The notes beneath the pieces are model-generated. The model saw nothing but the letters and a program-made list of their open reading frames with translations, had not been told where the DNA came from and did no database searches. Below, piece after piece: positions 41,767-52,530 of a stretch of 64,000 nucleotides of DNA. The stretch lies in assembly GCA_963788655.1 (NCBI GenBank), contig CAWBHS010000022.1, forward strand, positions 1-64,000, read 5' to 3'. The number at the start of each line of letters is the position of its first letter. Positions within the stretch are counted from its first letter, which is position 1. The DNA comes from an uncultured Verrucomicrobiae bacterium. Lineage in GTDB: Bacteria > Verrucomicrobiota > Verrucomicrobiia > Limisphaerales > JAFGQR01. The position numbers were made by a program, and so were the translations under genes.

Positions 41767-43968
41767 TTACTTCGGTGCTGCCGGGCGGATGCCGACGTTC
41801 TTCAGGTTGATCGGGTGGAAGCCGAGTTTGAACGCAGGCGAATCAGGTTGGAGCGTGAAGTTGTCCTTGGCCGGATCGATAAATTTGGGATCGGCGATCA
41901 GGGAGTTGGTGTCCTGTCCCCGTTGTTGCCATTCAGTGAACAACCATTTGTCGAAACGCACCTCGCCGCCCCCGACGTGCCAATAGAGGTTCTGGTTGAA
42001 GAGATAGTTCGTGTCGCTCAAGTTGCCGCCAAACAATCGGCCGCGATCCCAATACACAATGTTGCGCTCGAAGGTGAAGCTCAGGTGCGGCTCCGGCCGG
42101 GTGCGTTGAATTTGGTGTTCGCGCGCAAGGGCAAAGATGTTGTTTCGCACCATGTTCTCCTTGCCGTAGTGCTGATGGAAACCGCCGTGCGTCGTGCGAT
42201 AGACCACGTTGCTCTCCGCCAGGATGTGGGTGGTGCCTTCATCGAAGTAAATGCCCCAGCCGCCGTAGCGGAACCCGGCGCTGTCGTGCCAAAGGTTGTT
42301 GCGAATGACGGTGCCCTCCTGGAGTCCCAGCGTGTAGATCCCCGCCATGTCGCTTAGGATCGGGCCGTCGCCGTTGGACTTCACGCCGATGTGATGGACG
42401 TGGTTGAACTCGACCGCGTTGTTGGTCGCCAGCGCCCGACCGTAGCCCCAGGTCCAGCCGATGGAAATGCCGCTGTAGTAGAAATCGTGAATATGATTGT
42501 GCAGCAGCCGATTGGACGGCGACTGGCCAATCCAGACGCCGATTGCGCTGTGGAACATCTGGCCGCCGTCGTGAATGTGGCAATCGCTGATCGTGTTGCC
42601 GAACGTCATTTCATCAGCCCGGTCGCGAATGGCCGTTTCGCCCAACTTGATGCCGCCGGCACCGAGGTCGCCCAAGTCGCAATTGCGAACCGAGTTGGAT
42701 TGGCAACCGCGCCCCAGTTCGAGCGCGTAGTTGCCCAAGTGGATGAAATTGCAATGCTCGAAGTCCACCTGGCGCACGCCTTCACCGCGAACCGCACCGG
42801 GCACGCCCACGGCTGCTTGCGCGAAGCCGCCCACTTCGGCTTTCGGCGGCGGCCAGACTTCGGCCTTGTCTTTCCCAGTGTCGAAGCCGCTGGGGAAATA
42901 CCATTCGGTGTGCGCAAACGTGAGGCCCTCGAACACCAGGTTCTCGACGAATTGCCCGGCCTCGGGTTTACCTTCGAAGCGCACCGCTTGTGCCAGCACT
43001 GGGGCGATGACTTCCGTGCGATCCGGTTCCTCTCCGGCCATGGGCATGTAATAGAGACGTCCCGCGTGGCGGTCGAGATACCACTCGCCCGGTTGGTCGA
43101 GAAACTCCAAAGCGTTCTCCACGTAATACAAGTCGCCAGGATCCAGTTTGAACACGCTGCGCTTGCGGAAGGACACGAGCCGGTCAGTTTCGTCCACGCC
43201 AGCTACCGGCAAGTGCGATTCGACCCAGCGGTTCATGACGCAGACTTCGGCATTGGTGATGGTGGGCCCGGCTTTCAGGTCGCCGGCTTTGAAACGAAAC
43301 CGCGCCTGTCCTTCGCTCCAGGGCGTGTCGGATTTGGCATCAGGAATAGCCTCCACTGAGAGGTAACCTTGATTGGGGTGACGAGCGCGTTGGCGGCGTT
43401 GGTCATTTACCCACAGTTCGTGGAAGTACCATTTGCCGGCGCGCACTTCCGGGATGTCGGCGACCCAGAGTTGCTTGCCGTTCACGGTCGCAGGCTTCCA
43501 GTTGGTAATGTGCCGTCCGCCGCTGATGACGGGCTGTTCACGCGCGGCGGCGACATAATACGTTTTGCCATTTGCCGCGCCGGAATCTTCTGGCGTGAAC
43601 ACCAGCGGTTCCGTCAGGAAGTAATGTCCCGCCCGCACCGTCACCACGGCGGAGGGGGAAGGCTTGCCGGCTTGTTGGCGTTTGAACTCCCGCAAGGCAT
43701 CGCGAGCGCGGGCGAGGGTCGCAAATGGGCCGTCGGTTTCTTTGGCATTGGGAGCCGAGAGCCGGCCGGACCACTGATCGTTGCCGTTGGGCGCGACAAA
43801 GAAGTAAGGCACATTCGGCCCGGCGGCGGAAAGCGGCGCGGCCAATGCGGCACTGCCGTTGATGGAGAGCAGCGCCGCGATTCCGGCCAGCGCCATCGAT
43901 CGGTAATTGACGCGCAAACCAACGCGTCGGGTCAACCAGATTGAGGTCAATGTTTTGAGCGTTTTCAT
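41767..43968 (-). CDS. Secreted right-handed parallel beta-helix protein (GH141-like)
   Basis: FVAPNGND.WSG...DGPFATL.RA, LDQPGEWYLD, HIHDFYYSGISIGWTWGY, SDMAGIYTLG, WGIYFDEG, HQHYG. Confidence 0.85.
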   Translation of the reverse strand: MKTLKTLTSIWLTRRVGLRVNYRSMALAGIAALLSINGSAALAAPLSAAGPNVPYFFVAPNGNDQWSGRLSAPNAKETDGPFATLARARDALREFKRQQAGKPSPSAVVTVRAGHYFLTEPLVFTPEDSGAANGKTYYVAAAREQPVISGGRHITNWKPATVNGKQLWVADIPEVRAGKWYFHELWVNDQRRQRARHPNQGYLSVEAIPDAKSDTPWSEGQARFRFKAGDLKAGPTITNAEVCVMNRWVESHLPVAGVDETDRLVSFRKRSVFKLDPGDLYYVENALEFLDQPGEWYLDRHAGRLYYMPMAGEEPDRTEVIAPVLAQAVRFEGKPEAGQFVENLVFEGLTFAHTEWYFPSGFDTGKDKAEVWPPPKAEVGGFAQAAVGVPGAVRGEGVRQVDFEHCNFIHLGNYALELGRGCQSNSVRNCDLGDLGAGGIKLGETAIRDRADEMTFGNTISDCHIHDGGQMFHSAIGVWIGQSPSNRLLHNHIHDFYYSGISIGWTWGYGRALATNNAVEFNHVHHIGVKSNGDGPILSDMAGIYTLGLQEGTVIRNNLWHDSAGFRYGGWGIYFDEGTTHILAESNVVYRTTHGGFHQHYGKENMVRNNIFALAREHQIQRTRPEPHLSFTFERNIVYWDRGRLFGGNLSDTNYLFNQNLYWHVGGGEVRFDKWLFTEWQQRGQDTNSLIADPKFIDPAKDNFTLQPDSPAFKLGFHPINLKNVGIRPAAPK

Positions 43969-44462
43969 AGTTCCTTTACAATTTCGCTAGCCGCTTTGCG
44001 CGGCGTGCGAGGACTGGGATCATCGGGATAACCCAGCGGCGTGACGGCCACTGGATCCCACTCAGGTTCGAGTTGCAAGGCTTGAGACAAAGCTCGGCGG
44101 TCAAAAGCGCAAATCCAGCAGGTGCCCAAACCTTCGGCCGTGGCGGCCAGGATGAGGTGCTCCATGGCAATGGCCACATCGACCGCGTGAATGCTTTCGC
44201 CGTCCCGCCGCCAAGCGAGGTTGCGGTTGCCCAATGCGATCACGAGCAACGGCGCCTTGGTGGTCCAATCTTGCAGGATGGGCCGCACCGTTTTCCGCAT
44301 GGCGGGCGAATTTAAGACCAGAAATTTCCAAGGTTGCAGATTGCACGCGGAAGGCGCCAGGCGCACGGCTTCCCAAAGACGATCCAATTTGTCGGGTTCG
44401 ATGGGCTTGGATTTATACTGGCGGACGCTGCGGCGGTGGTTGATGGCTTCGTAAAGGTTCAC
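43965..44462 (-). CDS. Nitroreductase family protein
   Basis: RRSVRQY, APSACNLQPWKF, LAATAEGLGTCWI, LGYP. Confidence 0.92.
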   Translation of the reverse strand: MNLYEAINHRRSVRQYKSKPIEPDKLDRLWEAVRLAPSACNLQPWKFLVLNSPAMRKTVRPILQDWTTKAPLLVIALGNRNLAWRRDGESIHAVDVAIAMEHLILAATAEGLGTCWICAFDRRALSQALQLEPEWDPVAVTPLGYPDDPSPRTPRKAASEIVKEL

Positions 44463-44486
44463 AGTCGGTTGCGGGTTTGCCGTCGA

Positions 44487-46184
44487 TTAATTTTCGCCCA
44501 GCAAATCACCAAAGTCCGGCAGCAGGCTGTACTTCTTTTGCCAAGGTGTGTACATCAAACCCCACACCTTGGGCGTCTGACGGGCGAGGTCCAGCCAACC
44601 TTTAACGTCGCGCAAATCGTCCGCGTCGTAGTAACAGGCTACCAGCCTGCGAAAGCCTTGTCCGGCAAAAAATCGGAGGCTTGCCTCCCGCGGCTTACCG
44701 CCCCAGACGGCCATGATCAGGTCGGCGGGGACATGCTTCCAGGAATCCGTGAAATCACCGTTCACCAGGTAATAATCGCCGTGCGCGTTATGATTGGGAT
44801 CAAGCATGTCGGACCAGACATAGACCTGCACGCCGGGCAGATGGCGCTGGAGGATTTGGACTTGTTTGGTGATGCACTCGCCCAGCAGTTCGCCCATGTT
44901 CCGGCCCGCGCAAGCCTGGCAGGTGCCGCCCATGCGGATTTCGTCCATGTTCAGTAACACGCGCCGCGGGTGCAGATGTTCAGCCATCAATTTCGCCTCG
45001 TGATCAAAAATGTCATACAACTCCGGTTCGGCCATGCAGACGGTGATTTGACCGTCGTTGATCACCATTGGATGATACCAACTGACCCGCAGCTTCTGGC
45101 CTTCCTGGATGCGGGTTCCGGCAACCAGTTTGAGCGATGGCGCGGGACGATCCACGCGGTAAGGACTGTAGTTCGCATCGTTCAAGGGGACGTAATCCTG
45201 GCCTTCGGGGTATGTCTGGGAACCATCTTCACTGCGAACGGTAACTGGTGTTCCGGGCCGGTGCAGCACATTGAGCGGACCGACTTCCTCGACCGACCAG
45301 TCGTCGAGCCAGAACTTGCCCGAGCGCCCGCCCCACATCCCGGCGTAGAGCCGCACCGAGTCGAAGTCGAGGCTGTTGAAGAGCATGGTCAACTTCCGCC
45401 AATCACCGGTGGCCGGCAGTTTGAACGCGCGCGGCGCCAGGCTGCGGTTTTTGACGAGCACTTGGACATGGAAGGCGCCGGTGGGTTGCAGCGCCTCGGT
45501 TTTGACCCACAGACTCAGCCGGTAGCAGCGATGGGGGTGAACGTTGATCTCCTGCATCACACGGCCATGGCCATGCGGGTTGGCGGTGAAATTCTCCAGG
45601 CGCATCGACGCCCGACCGCTGTGTTTGATTTGGGTATCGGCAAAACTGATTTCGCCCGGGTGATCGTGGAAGTTGAATCCCTTGAAGCGGTTGCCAGTGA
45701 AGGCTTCAAAATCACCATTGGTCAAACGCACCGAATGATCGGGTACGAGATTCGCCTCGCCGCCTTTTACTACAAACAGGGCGTCCTTGACCGGCAGTCC
45801 GGCCGCCAGATTCCGATCATGCGCCAGGGCTGTTCCGCCATAGCCCACCGAAAAGATGGCTGGAATCAGTTCCAGGTGATCGCGTTCGCAGGCCTGCTGG
45901 ACTTGTCTCAAACGCCGAAAATAATCGGGCGACTTTTTGCAAAGCGTGTCCAAGCCGCAAGACAACACCGCACCGTTCAATCCGTGTTGGGCTCCGGTAT
46001 CCAGCACACGAGTGATGTCCGCCACGTCGCCGTCCTTGCCCAAACTCCAGCCAAAGATCCAAACGAAACGGTCGGGATACGGTTCCGCAGCGCGAGCCAC
46101 CGCCAGTCCCCCGCAAGTCGCCGCCAAGGCCAGGATGAGCCATAAGGGAAAAGTCGAGTAGGCAATTCGGCATTGAGTCTTCAT
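44487..46184 (-). CDS. Secreted putative glycoside hydrolase with inserted carbohydrate-binding-like domain
   Basis: Signal peptide, LTNGDFE...FWLDD beta-sandwich, LNMDEIR and VWSDML.P.HNA (GH20-like barrel motifs). Confidence 0.6.
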   Translation of the reverse strand: MKTQCRIAYSTFPLWLILALAATCGGLAVARAAEPYPDRFVWIFGWSLGKDGDVADITRVLDTGAQHGLNGAVLSCGLDTLCKKSPDYFRRLRQVQQACERDHLELIPAIFSVGYGGTALAHDRNLAAGLPVKDALFVVKGGEANLVPDHSVRLTNGDFEAFTGNRFKGFNFHDHPGEISFADTQIKHSGRASMRLENFTANPHGHGRVMQEINVHPHRCYRLSLWVKTEALQPTGAFHVQVLVKNRSLAPRAFKLPATGDWRKLTMLFNSLDFDSVRLYAGMWGGRSGKFWLDDWSVEEVGPLNVLHRPGTPVTVRSEDGSQTYPEGQDYVPLNDANYSPYRVDRPAPSLKLVAGTRIQEGQKLRVSWYHPMVINDGQITVCMAEPELYDIFDHEAKLMAEHLHPRRVLLNMDEIRMGGTCQACAGRNMGELLGECITKQVQILQRHLPGVQVYVWSDMLDPNHNAHGDYYLVNGDFTDSWKHVPADLIMAVWGGKPREASLRFFAGQGFRRLVACYYDADDLRDVKGWLDLARQTPKVWGLMYTPWQKKYSLLPDFGDLLGEN

Positions 46185-46367
46185 AGCGACAATTGGTTTC
46201 GGGCAATGAGTATTGTTTGCCTCGACGGTTTTTTGAATGGGAAAATTCGACGATTGTTGGTCGCACTCGAAGAAAGTGGCCTTCGTGATACAAGGAGCAG
46301 GCCCTTTGGGCGCTTGAAGTCTTCGGGTTGGATGCCCTACCACCACTCCCGCGACACGCCCTGGCTC

Positions 46368-46440
46368 GTAGCCCTGGACGTGAATCCGCTAACTTGGTCC
46401 GCCTTTGAGAAAGTCAGACCAGCCTCACGTCGGCTGCTAC
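46368..46440. repeat. Degenerate GTAG REP-like inverted pair
   Basis: GTAGCCCTGGACGTGAATCCGCTAACTT vs rc GTAGCAGCCGACGTGAGGCTGGTCTGACTT share GTAGC-N4-GACGTGA...ACTT. Confidence 0.45.
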
Positions 46441-46453
46441 ATGCTCTGACGCT

Positions 46454-46900
46454 TTAGCCCGGAAACTTCACGCTCTCGGTGAACCAGTCCTGGTTCCCCA
46501 GGGGATTGGCGACGACGCAGTCGATGATGCCCTGCAGGAGCGGGTTTTCCCGGGCGATGGCCCGCGTATGGGTGGTGACGCCTTCGCCGATCTTGTCGGA
46601 GAGCTTGCGGATGACGAACCAGACCGGCAGCTCAGGATCGTCCGGCACGAGGGGGAGGTAAAAGCGGACGAGCTTGTGGTCGGCCTTGGCGAGCTGGAAG
46701 GCCCTCTTGCGCGAGCCGAGTTCCTTGGCGATGCGGTTCAGTTCGTCATCGAAGACGTCGCAGAGGCGCCTGGTGAAGATGAGGGGGAGGATGTAATCCT
46801 TGTATGTCAGCGCGTCCTTGGCTCCACGAATGGAGCAGGCGGCATCCCAGATCCAGCTTTCGTGGGATTTGGAGTTGTCAGGTTTACCGTTAGCCCCAGA
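46454..46900 (-). pseudogene. hsdM: Type I restriction-modification HsdM remnant with internal deletion
   Basis: ESWIWDAACSIRGAKD..YKDYILPLIF..RLCDVFDDE...ENPLLQGIID is joined directly to CVVANPLGNQDWF (motif IV-like), then a stop. Confidence 0.75.
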
Positions 46901-47190
46901 AATTCCCCGATTTCTACCGGTTCTGCGTATCACGTGCGGAAAGCATCCTGTCGAACTGGCGAGCCCGCGAGCGCCGGCTCAAGGCGATCGAACGGGCGAA
47001 GACGGTATTCACTTCCGAGGGCGAGGCAGTTGAGGCCGCACGGGCGAAGGTGCATGAACTCCTGGAGAAACTGAAACATCGCGATCCCGAACAGGCCATG
47101 GTGTATGCCAGAGAATTCGAAGAGGCAACGCCGGAGGATTACGCAGTTTTCAAGGAAGACCTCTACTCTTGGAAATGGAGGACGAGGAGG

Positions 47191-47870
47191 ATGGGCCGCG
47201 CGATCAATAAAATCCGCGCGGAGGGCACAGCCTGGAGACTGACGCAGGACTATTGCCTTGATCGGCCTGCCCCGGTGCCAGTCGAGGATATCGCGATGGA
47301 CCGTGGAGTCCTGTGTCTGGAGGCACGACTGACCGGGTGTCTCACCCACTTGGTGCGCAAAGGTCAGCGCGGGATTATCAGGACGCACCTGGGCATTCGG
47401 GAGGATGGGCGCCGGCGTTTCGCCATCGCACACGAACTGGGACACTGGTTCCTGCATGAGGCTGAAAACCAGAATCTTCATGTGCACAGGTGAGCAGATG
47501 CGGAACTACAAGGGCAGCCCGCGGAAGTGGAAGCGAACTTGTTCGTCTCGGAACTCCTCATGCCAACAGGTGTGTTCCGCCCCTGGCCGAGAGCGCCGAT
47601 CCCCTCCTTTCCACGGTCAAATCCCTCGCCGGAATATTCAACACCATCCCTGACCGCCACTGGCATGAAGTTTATCGATACGAGCCGTCATGAGTGCATC
47701 CTTATTTGGTCCACCGATGGCGTGGTCACCGGGTCAAAGCAGAAAGGAGGTCGCTCGGGACTCCGGGTAGAGAAGGGAACGCGCCTTCATCAGGATTCCC
47801 TGGCTGTCCATGCCGGTGCCGGCGCCGATAAACTGGGACCGGAGGTGGTGCCGACCGAAGCGTGGACTCG
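47191..47870 (+). pseudogene. ImmA/IrrE-family Zn metallopeptidase, multiply frameshifted and 3'-truncated
   Basis: RRRFAIAHELGHWFLH (HExxH), then in shifted frames FMCT, EVEANLFVSELLMP, SLTAT. Preceded by the remnant of a small partner ORF (47050-47190). Confidence 0.75.
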
Positions 47871-48061
47871 CCGAGACGCCCATCGATGGCGACCGGCCCG
47901 GGCGGGGGGACGATGAACAGCCGTTTGTTGCGGGCGCGCCCGCCTTGTTCGTCGGCGTCCAGGTTGGCGGCAGAACAAAGGGCGGCCAGGAGAATGCCGC
48001 CAAGCAGGATGAGCGGGCGGTTTCCGGTGAGGTGCTTTCGAGTGATGAGTTGGTTGAGCAT
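47871..48061 (-). pseudogene. N-terminal scrap of a secreted sugar-binding protein, abutting the ImmA remnant
   Basis: Signal-like ILLGGILLAALCSA followed by VPPPGPVAIDGRL (P..IDG.L, CBM9-like start), then truncated. Confidence 0.35.
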
Positions 48062-48429
48062 GGGGACAAAGGTCACTTCTGATGCCAACCCGGGGGTGGG
48101 CACAATCCATCCTGGTCGGTCAATGACATCACTGGTTTGCCTTCCACGATCTCGACGCGATACACCGAGCCACAAGCGCGGGCATGGAGAGTCAACTCGC
48201 CGAGCCCCGGAATGTTCACCTTTACCTCACGGTCCGGACCTGCCGCCGCCCAGGCGGTGACCAGCCATTCGGATGTGTTCTTCAGTTTGCGCGCGACACG
48301 CGTACCTTGGTGAATGATAGTAATGCCGTGCAAATTCACTCCTTCTTACTGCTGCTTGGTCGTCGAAGTGAGCAAAAGAGGAAGAGAGATGTCCGACCTG
48401 AACCTTTTCAAACCTTGCGGCAGGATTGA

Positions 48430-50586
48430 TCATTCCGGTTTGGACGTGAGTTCGACACGACTGAGGTAGGCCACTTTGTCTTTCCCAATAAAGAACCGGA
48501 AGTCGGCGCCGGAATTCTGACGGTCGGCCAAGTAGGCGTCATTGATATCAAACGTATACGTTCGCCACTCACCTGATCCGGTGAACGGTGCCGTGCCGTT
48601 GGATCGATAAATTTGGTCGGTCCCCGTACCTACCGCGTCATACTGCAATTCCAACGTCCCGTCGGGAACGTCAAGATACGTGACACGGATATGAAGCCGT
48701 TTTGCATTCCCGGCGTAAGCAATACTGTCGTCCACGGCAAAATATAAAAAGCGATCCGCGACTTTGCCCACTGGCTCGGCATTGCGGCGGCAATCGCGAT
48801 TATTCTCATAAGCCGGCGTTGTGCCCCCGTCGGCGCATTGAAGATGATGGAGGCCGTCTTCAAAATTGCTTTCTCCCAATTGCACGAACGCCGTGTCGGA
48901 ACCCGCTACCGGAAAAGTGCATGTCGTTGGGCGCCCGGATGCGGTGCTCACTGTCACTTGGATCCAATTCCTGGCGGCCTGAGCCTTGCCAAAGGGAAGG
49001 TTCGGTATCTGGACTCGCAGCGGCGCGCCGATTTGGTCTCCTCCTTCCACCAACACCTTCGGGCAACGAACAAACGTCTCCAGGGCATCGCTCGAATATT
49101 CCGCTCGCACCGACTTCGGCGCCAAGCTTTCGCTCCGATTACGGAATTCAAAAGCAACCGTGGGTGAAGCAGTCTGGGCGTGCTCGACGTGCCATTCCCG
49201 CAGTTCAGTGCGCCCCCCCCCGGCATAGAACACCAAGTCATGTTGTGCCGCGGGGATGGACAAAATGTTCTTTCCTGGCTGGACGGTCACGGATTGAAAG
49301 TAGGCGCCAGTTTGTGGATTGAACCAGTATCCCTGCGTGCTCTCTGGCTGCAGGTCCAACGCAATTTGGCCACCCAATTTCTCGCCGCACAAATACACGA
49401 CATACTCGGCCTGGCCAGCCAGGCAAAACGCTTCGACGCTGGCGGGTTTGCTTAAGATTACTTCCGGCTGTGGTTTCATCCGCGGAAATGGCAGGCCCCA
49501 ATCCTGAATGAATCCGATGGCGTTAGCGTAACCAAGCCCTTTGCGCAAATTGAAGCGGCTGGGCGATTCCGCTGAGTAATAATACATGTCGGCATCGGTG
49601 ACATAGAAATCCGTGGAATAATTGAGCCACCCCCCGATCCCGGCGGTGAAGGCTTTCCACAAGCAACGGCGTCCAGCATCTGCGCCAACACTCGTGATCT
49701 CTCCCCCATCCGAACTGCTCGCCACCCACCGGTCAGAAGGGAACTCAGCCATCGAGAACGGTGTCCGGACACGGCTTTCCCGGCTCACGTGATCGGTGGC
49801 ACCATCCAAACCAGGCGCGGTCAGACCTTCCGAGCCGTTGTAGGTGATCAGGTGGTTGCTCCGGCTACGGATGAATTTCACCCAATACTGCACCCAGTCC
49901 ATGCCTGGATCAGGAAGCTCATTGCCAATCTCATACATCACATTGGGAAAGGGCGATGTCGCAGCGAGCATCTTTTCCACAATCCGTTCCTGATAACGTT
50001 TGAGCACCTTTTGCGCCGGCGATGCCTGGGGATTGGTCAAGGCGTCGAAATCGAAAAACTCGTCCCGTTCGAGACCGTTGCCATTGTGATTATGATCCAA
50101 GTCTCCCAAGTCGGCGTTGATATTGAAGCGGGGATTAAAGGGATGAATCTTCCACGGCAAACAGCGTTCAAAAATGCTGACATGAGCGACGATGCCGTGA
50201 TCTTGCATGTCCTTCAGGCACTGGCGTACCTGCGGCCAATACGCTTCGTTCCATTGCTCCAGGTCCACTTTTTCCGGAGCGACTCTCCGGAACATCAACC
50301 AGGTGTCGCTACCCTTGTTGTCCAGCATCCCCGCACAGGTGGGAAAGAAACGCATGTAGTTGACGCGATTGCGCGCGTTGAGTTCGATCAACCGTGGATA
50401 GCCGATGGACGAACCGATATCCGTGTTGTGGGCATTGTACCCCACCAGGAAAATTGGGGTTCCGTTGGGGAACTCGACGTAATGCCGGTTCGCGGTACAC
50501 AACTTCACGAGCTCCTCGGCTTCGTTCCTGACGGCCAAGGCGAGCACCGCCGTTAGGACGAAAATAGTCGCGAATTGGTTCTTCAT
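48430..50586 (-). CDS. Secreted glycoside hydrolase-like multidomain protein (TIM barrel + collagen-binding-like + galactose-binding-like C-terminus)
   Basis: Signal peptide, G.PIFLVG, NVMYEIGNE, YWFNPQTG, C-terminal YFAVDD...LELQYD...WRTYTF...QNSGADFRF. Confidence 0.7.
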   Translation of the reverse strand: MKNQFATIFVLTAVLALAVRNEAEELVKLCTANRHYVEFPNGTPIFLVGYNAHNTDIGSSIGYPRLIELNARNRVNYMRFFPTCAGMLDNKGSDTWLMFRRVAPEKVDLEQWNEAYWPQVRQCLKDMQDHGIVAHVSIFERCLPWKIHPFNPRFNINADLGDLDHNHNGNGLERDEFFDFDALTNPQASPAQKVLKRYQERIVEKMLAATSPFPNVMYEIGNELPDPGMDWVQYWVKFIRSRSNHLITYNGSEGLTAPGLDGATDHVSRESRVRTPFSMAEFPSDRWVASSSDGGEITSVGADAGRRCLWKAFTAGIGGWLNYSTDFYVTDADMYYYSAESPSRFNLRKGLGYANAIGFIQDWGLPFPRMKPQPEVILSKPASVEAFCLAGQAEYVVYLCGEKLGGQIALDLQPESTQGYWFNPQTGAYFQSVTVQPGKNILSIPAAQHDLVFYAGGGRTELREWHVEHAQTASPTVAFEFRNRSESLAPKSVRAEYSSDALETFVRCPKVLVEGGDQIGAPLRVQIPNLPFGKAQAARNWIQVTVSTASGRPTTCTFPVAGSDTAFVQLGESNFEDGLHHLQCADGGTTPAYENNRDCRRNAEPVGKVADRFLYFAVDDSIAYAGNAKRLHIRVTYLDVPDGTLELQYDAVGTGTDQIYRSNGTAPFTGSGEWRTYTFDINDAYLADRQNSGADFRFFIGKDKVAYLSRVELTSKPE

Positions 50587-50721
50587 TTGATAAAGCAGAA
50601 TCAAGAATTACTAAACGTGCTATGATAGTTAACCGTTTACTGGCCACCGGCCAAGCGCGATTCTCGTGATTGTCAACCGGTACGATATGCGATTGAATTC
50701 TAAGTCAATTCTGGTCACCCA

Positions 50722-51174
50722 ATGAATGAGCAGCGAACAATCATGAAACAAGACGAAGATCATCTGCGATTGCTTTCGATATTTCATTACGTGGTGGGTG
50801 GACTGGCTGGAGTGTTTGCCCTGTTCCCAATTTTTCACCTGATTGTCGGCTTGGTCTTCGTCTTGGCTCCGGCAAATGTCACTGGTCATGGCGGTGCGCC
50901 GCCCGCCTTTTTCGGATGGCTCTTTATCTTCCTCGCCGCGGCCATTATGGGCGTGGGTTTCATCCTGGCCTTCTGCATCCTCCTGGTCGGCCGGTTTTTG
51001 AATGGGCGCAAACACTATTGGTATTGCCTGGTCATGGCGGGCATCGAATGTGTCTTCATGCCGTTTGGGACGGTGCTCGGGGTATTCACCATCATCGTGT
51101 TAATGCGCGAGTCCGTGAAGGAACTGTTCCTGGGCGACCCCGCCGCCTCCTACAAACCACCGGCCAATTTCTAG
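50722..51174 (+). CDS. Conserved membrane protein
   Basis: HLRLLSIFHYV, PFGTVLGVFTIIVL.R.SVK..F, several TM helices. Start may be 50743. Confidence 0.75.
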   Translation: MNEQRTIMKQDEDHLRLLSIFHYVVGGLAGVFALFPIFHLIVGLVFVLAPANVTGHGGAPPAFFGWLFIFLAAAIMGVGFILAFCILLVGRFLNGRKHYWYCLVMAGIECVFMPFGTVLGVFTIIVLMRESVKELFLGDPAASYKPPANF

Positions 51175-51210
51175 TAGCCAGCCAACCCCGATCCTCGCCA
51201 CAGTGGGTGT

Positions 51211-51699
51211 ATGCGTTACCTAATGAAACAAAAGTTATTTGCCTGGGGCGACGACTTCGCCATCAAGAACGAGGCGGGTGAGGACGTTTTTTTCGTCGAT
51301 GGCAAAGCGTTCAGTTTTGGCGACAAGCTGTCGTTCCAGGACTTGCAGGGCAACGAACTGGTGTTCATCCGGCAGAAGTTGTTGTCTTGGGGGCCAACCT
51401 ACGAACTCTACCGCGGTGACAACCTGGCGGCGGTGGTGAAGAAGCAATTGTTCACCTTCTTCCGCTGCCGGTTCACCGTCGATGTGCCGGGCCCGAATGA
51501 TCTGGAGGCCGAAGGCAGTTTCCTTGACCACGAATACACCTTCAACCGCAACGGCCAAGTGGTCGCCGGGGTGTCGAAACAATGGTTCTCTTGGACGGAC
51601 ACCTACGGGGTTGACATAGGTGCCGGCGAGGATGACGTGCTGATCCTGGCGAGCACCGTGGTGATTGACATGGTCTGCCACGGCGATCACAAGGACTGA
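51211..51699 (+). CDS. LURP-one-related/scramblase-like (DUF567) protein
   Basis: MRYLMKQKLFAWGDDF.I, VSKQWFSWTDTYGVDI. Confidence 0.88.
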   Translation: MRYLMKQKLFAWGDDFAIKNEAGEDVFFVDGKAFSFGDKLSFQDLQGNELVFIRQKLLSWGPTYELYRGDNLAAVVKKQLFTFFRCRFTVDVPGPNDLEAEGSFLDHEYTFNRNGQVVAGVSKQWFSWTDTYGVDIGAGEDDVLILASTVVIDMVCHGDHKD

Positions 51700-51771
51700 G
51701 AAACGGAAGTCTCCGCCAACGGGGCGGCTCTCGGTGAGCAATCCGGACGGGTGGCCCGTCGGCCGGTGCGC

Positions 51772-52332
51772 TTACACGGTCATGATTTCTTTCTCCTTGG
51801 TGGCCAGTTGCGCGTCGATTTTGGCGATGTATTGGTCGGTCAGTTTCTGGACTTCTTTTTCCGCGTGCTGCTCGTCGTCTTCCGGGATCTCGCCATTCTT
51901 CACTTCTTTCTTGAGCAGTTCCATGGCGTCGCGCCGGACATGACGAACCGCTACGCGGCCATCTTCGGCCATGCGCCGGGCGACTTTGACAAACTCCTGG
52001 CGCCGCTCCTCGCTGAGCTCGGGCATGACGAGCCGCAGGATTTTTCCCTGCACGGCAGGATTCATTCCGATGTTGGCCTTTTGGATGGCTTTCTCGATGG
52101 GTTGAACCGTCGAAGTGTCCCAGGGTTGGATTACCAGCATGCGCGGCTCGGGCGTCGTGATGCCGGCCAGTTCGCGGATGCGCATTTGCGAGCCATACAC
52201 ATCCACCATGATGTTTTCCACCAGCGCCGGGGAAGCTTTGCTGGTGCGCACGCCGGCAAACTCGTGCTTCACCACTTCCTCGGTTTTGATCATCTTCTCT
52301 TCCGCTTCCAGCAGAATATCGTCGATTGGCAT
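51772..52332 (-). CDS. frr: Ribosome recycling factor
   Basis: VRTSKASP.L, IQPWD...IEKAI, PELSEERR, VAVRHVRR, VQKLTD...KEKEIM. Confidence 0.97.
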   Translation of the reverse strand: MPIDDILLEAEEKMIKTEEVVKHEFAGVRTSKASPALVENIMVDVYGSQMRIRELAGITTPEPRMLVIQPWDTSTVQPIEKAIQKANIGMNPAVQGKILRLVMPELSEERRQEFVKVARRMAEDGRVAVRHVRRDAMELLKKEVKNGEIPEDDEQHAEKEVQKLTDQYIAKIDAQLATKEKEIMTV

Positions 52333-52530
52333 AGTGATGGGACCATAGCAAACGGTTCGAAAAAGAGCAACGTCCGAACTGGGCCTATTCGGCTCCGGTC
52401 AGTTGCCGGCGCGGAAAGGGGTTGCTGGAATCAAGGAGGAAGGCTGCATGGTGGAGTTGGTTCGGATTTCGGTCCATCGGGTTTCGGGTTTGATATATCG
52501 GGGAGCCCTTCGAATCGCGTCCATTGAACC

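Noticed and set aside
50627..50641. LacI-type operator AGTTAACCGTTTACT upstream of the glycoside hydrolase-like gene
   Set aside because: Imperfect, single occurrence and no LacI gene in the window, so too weak to call.
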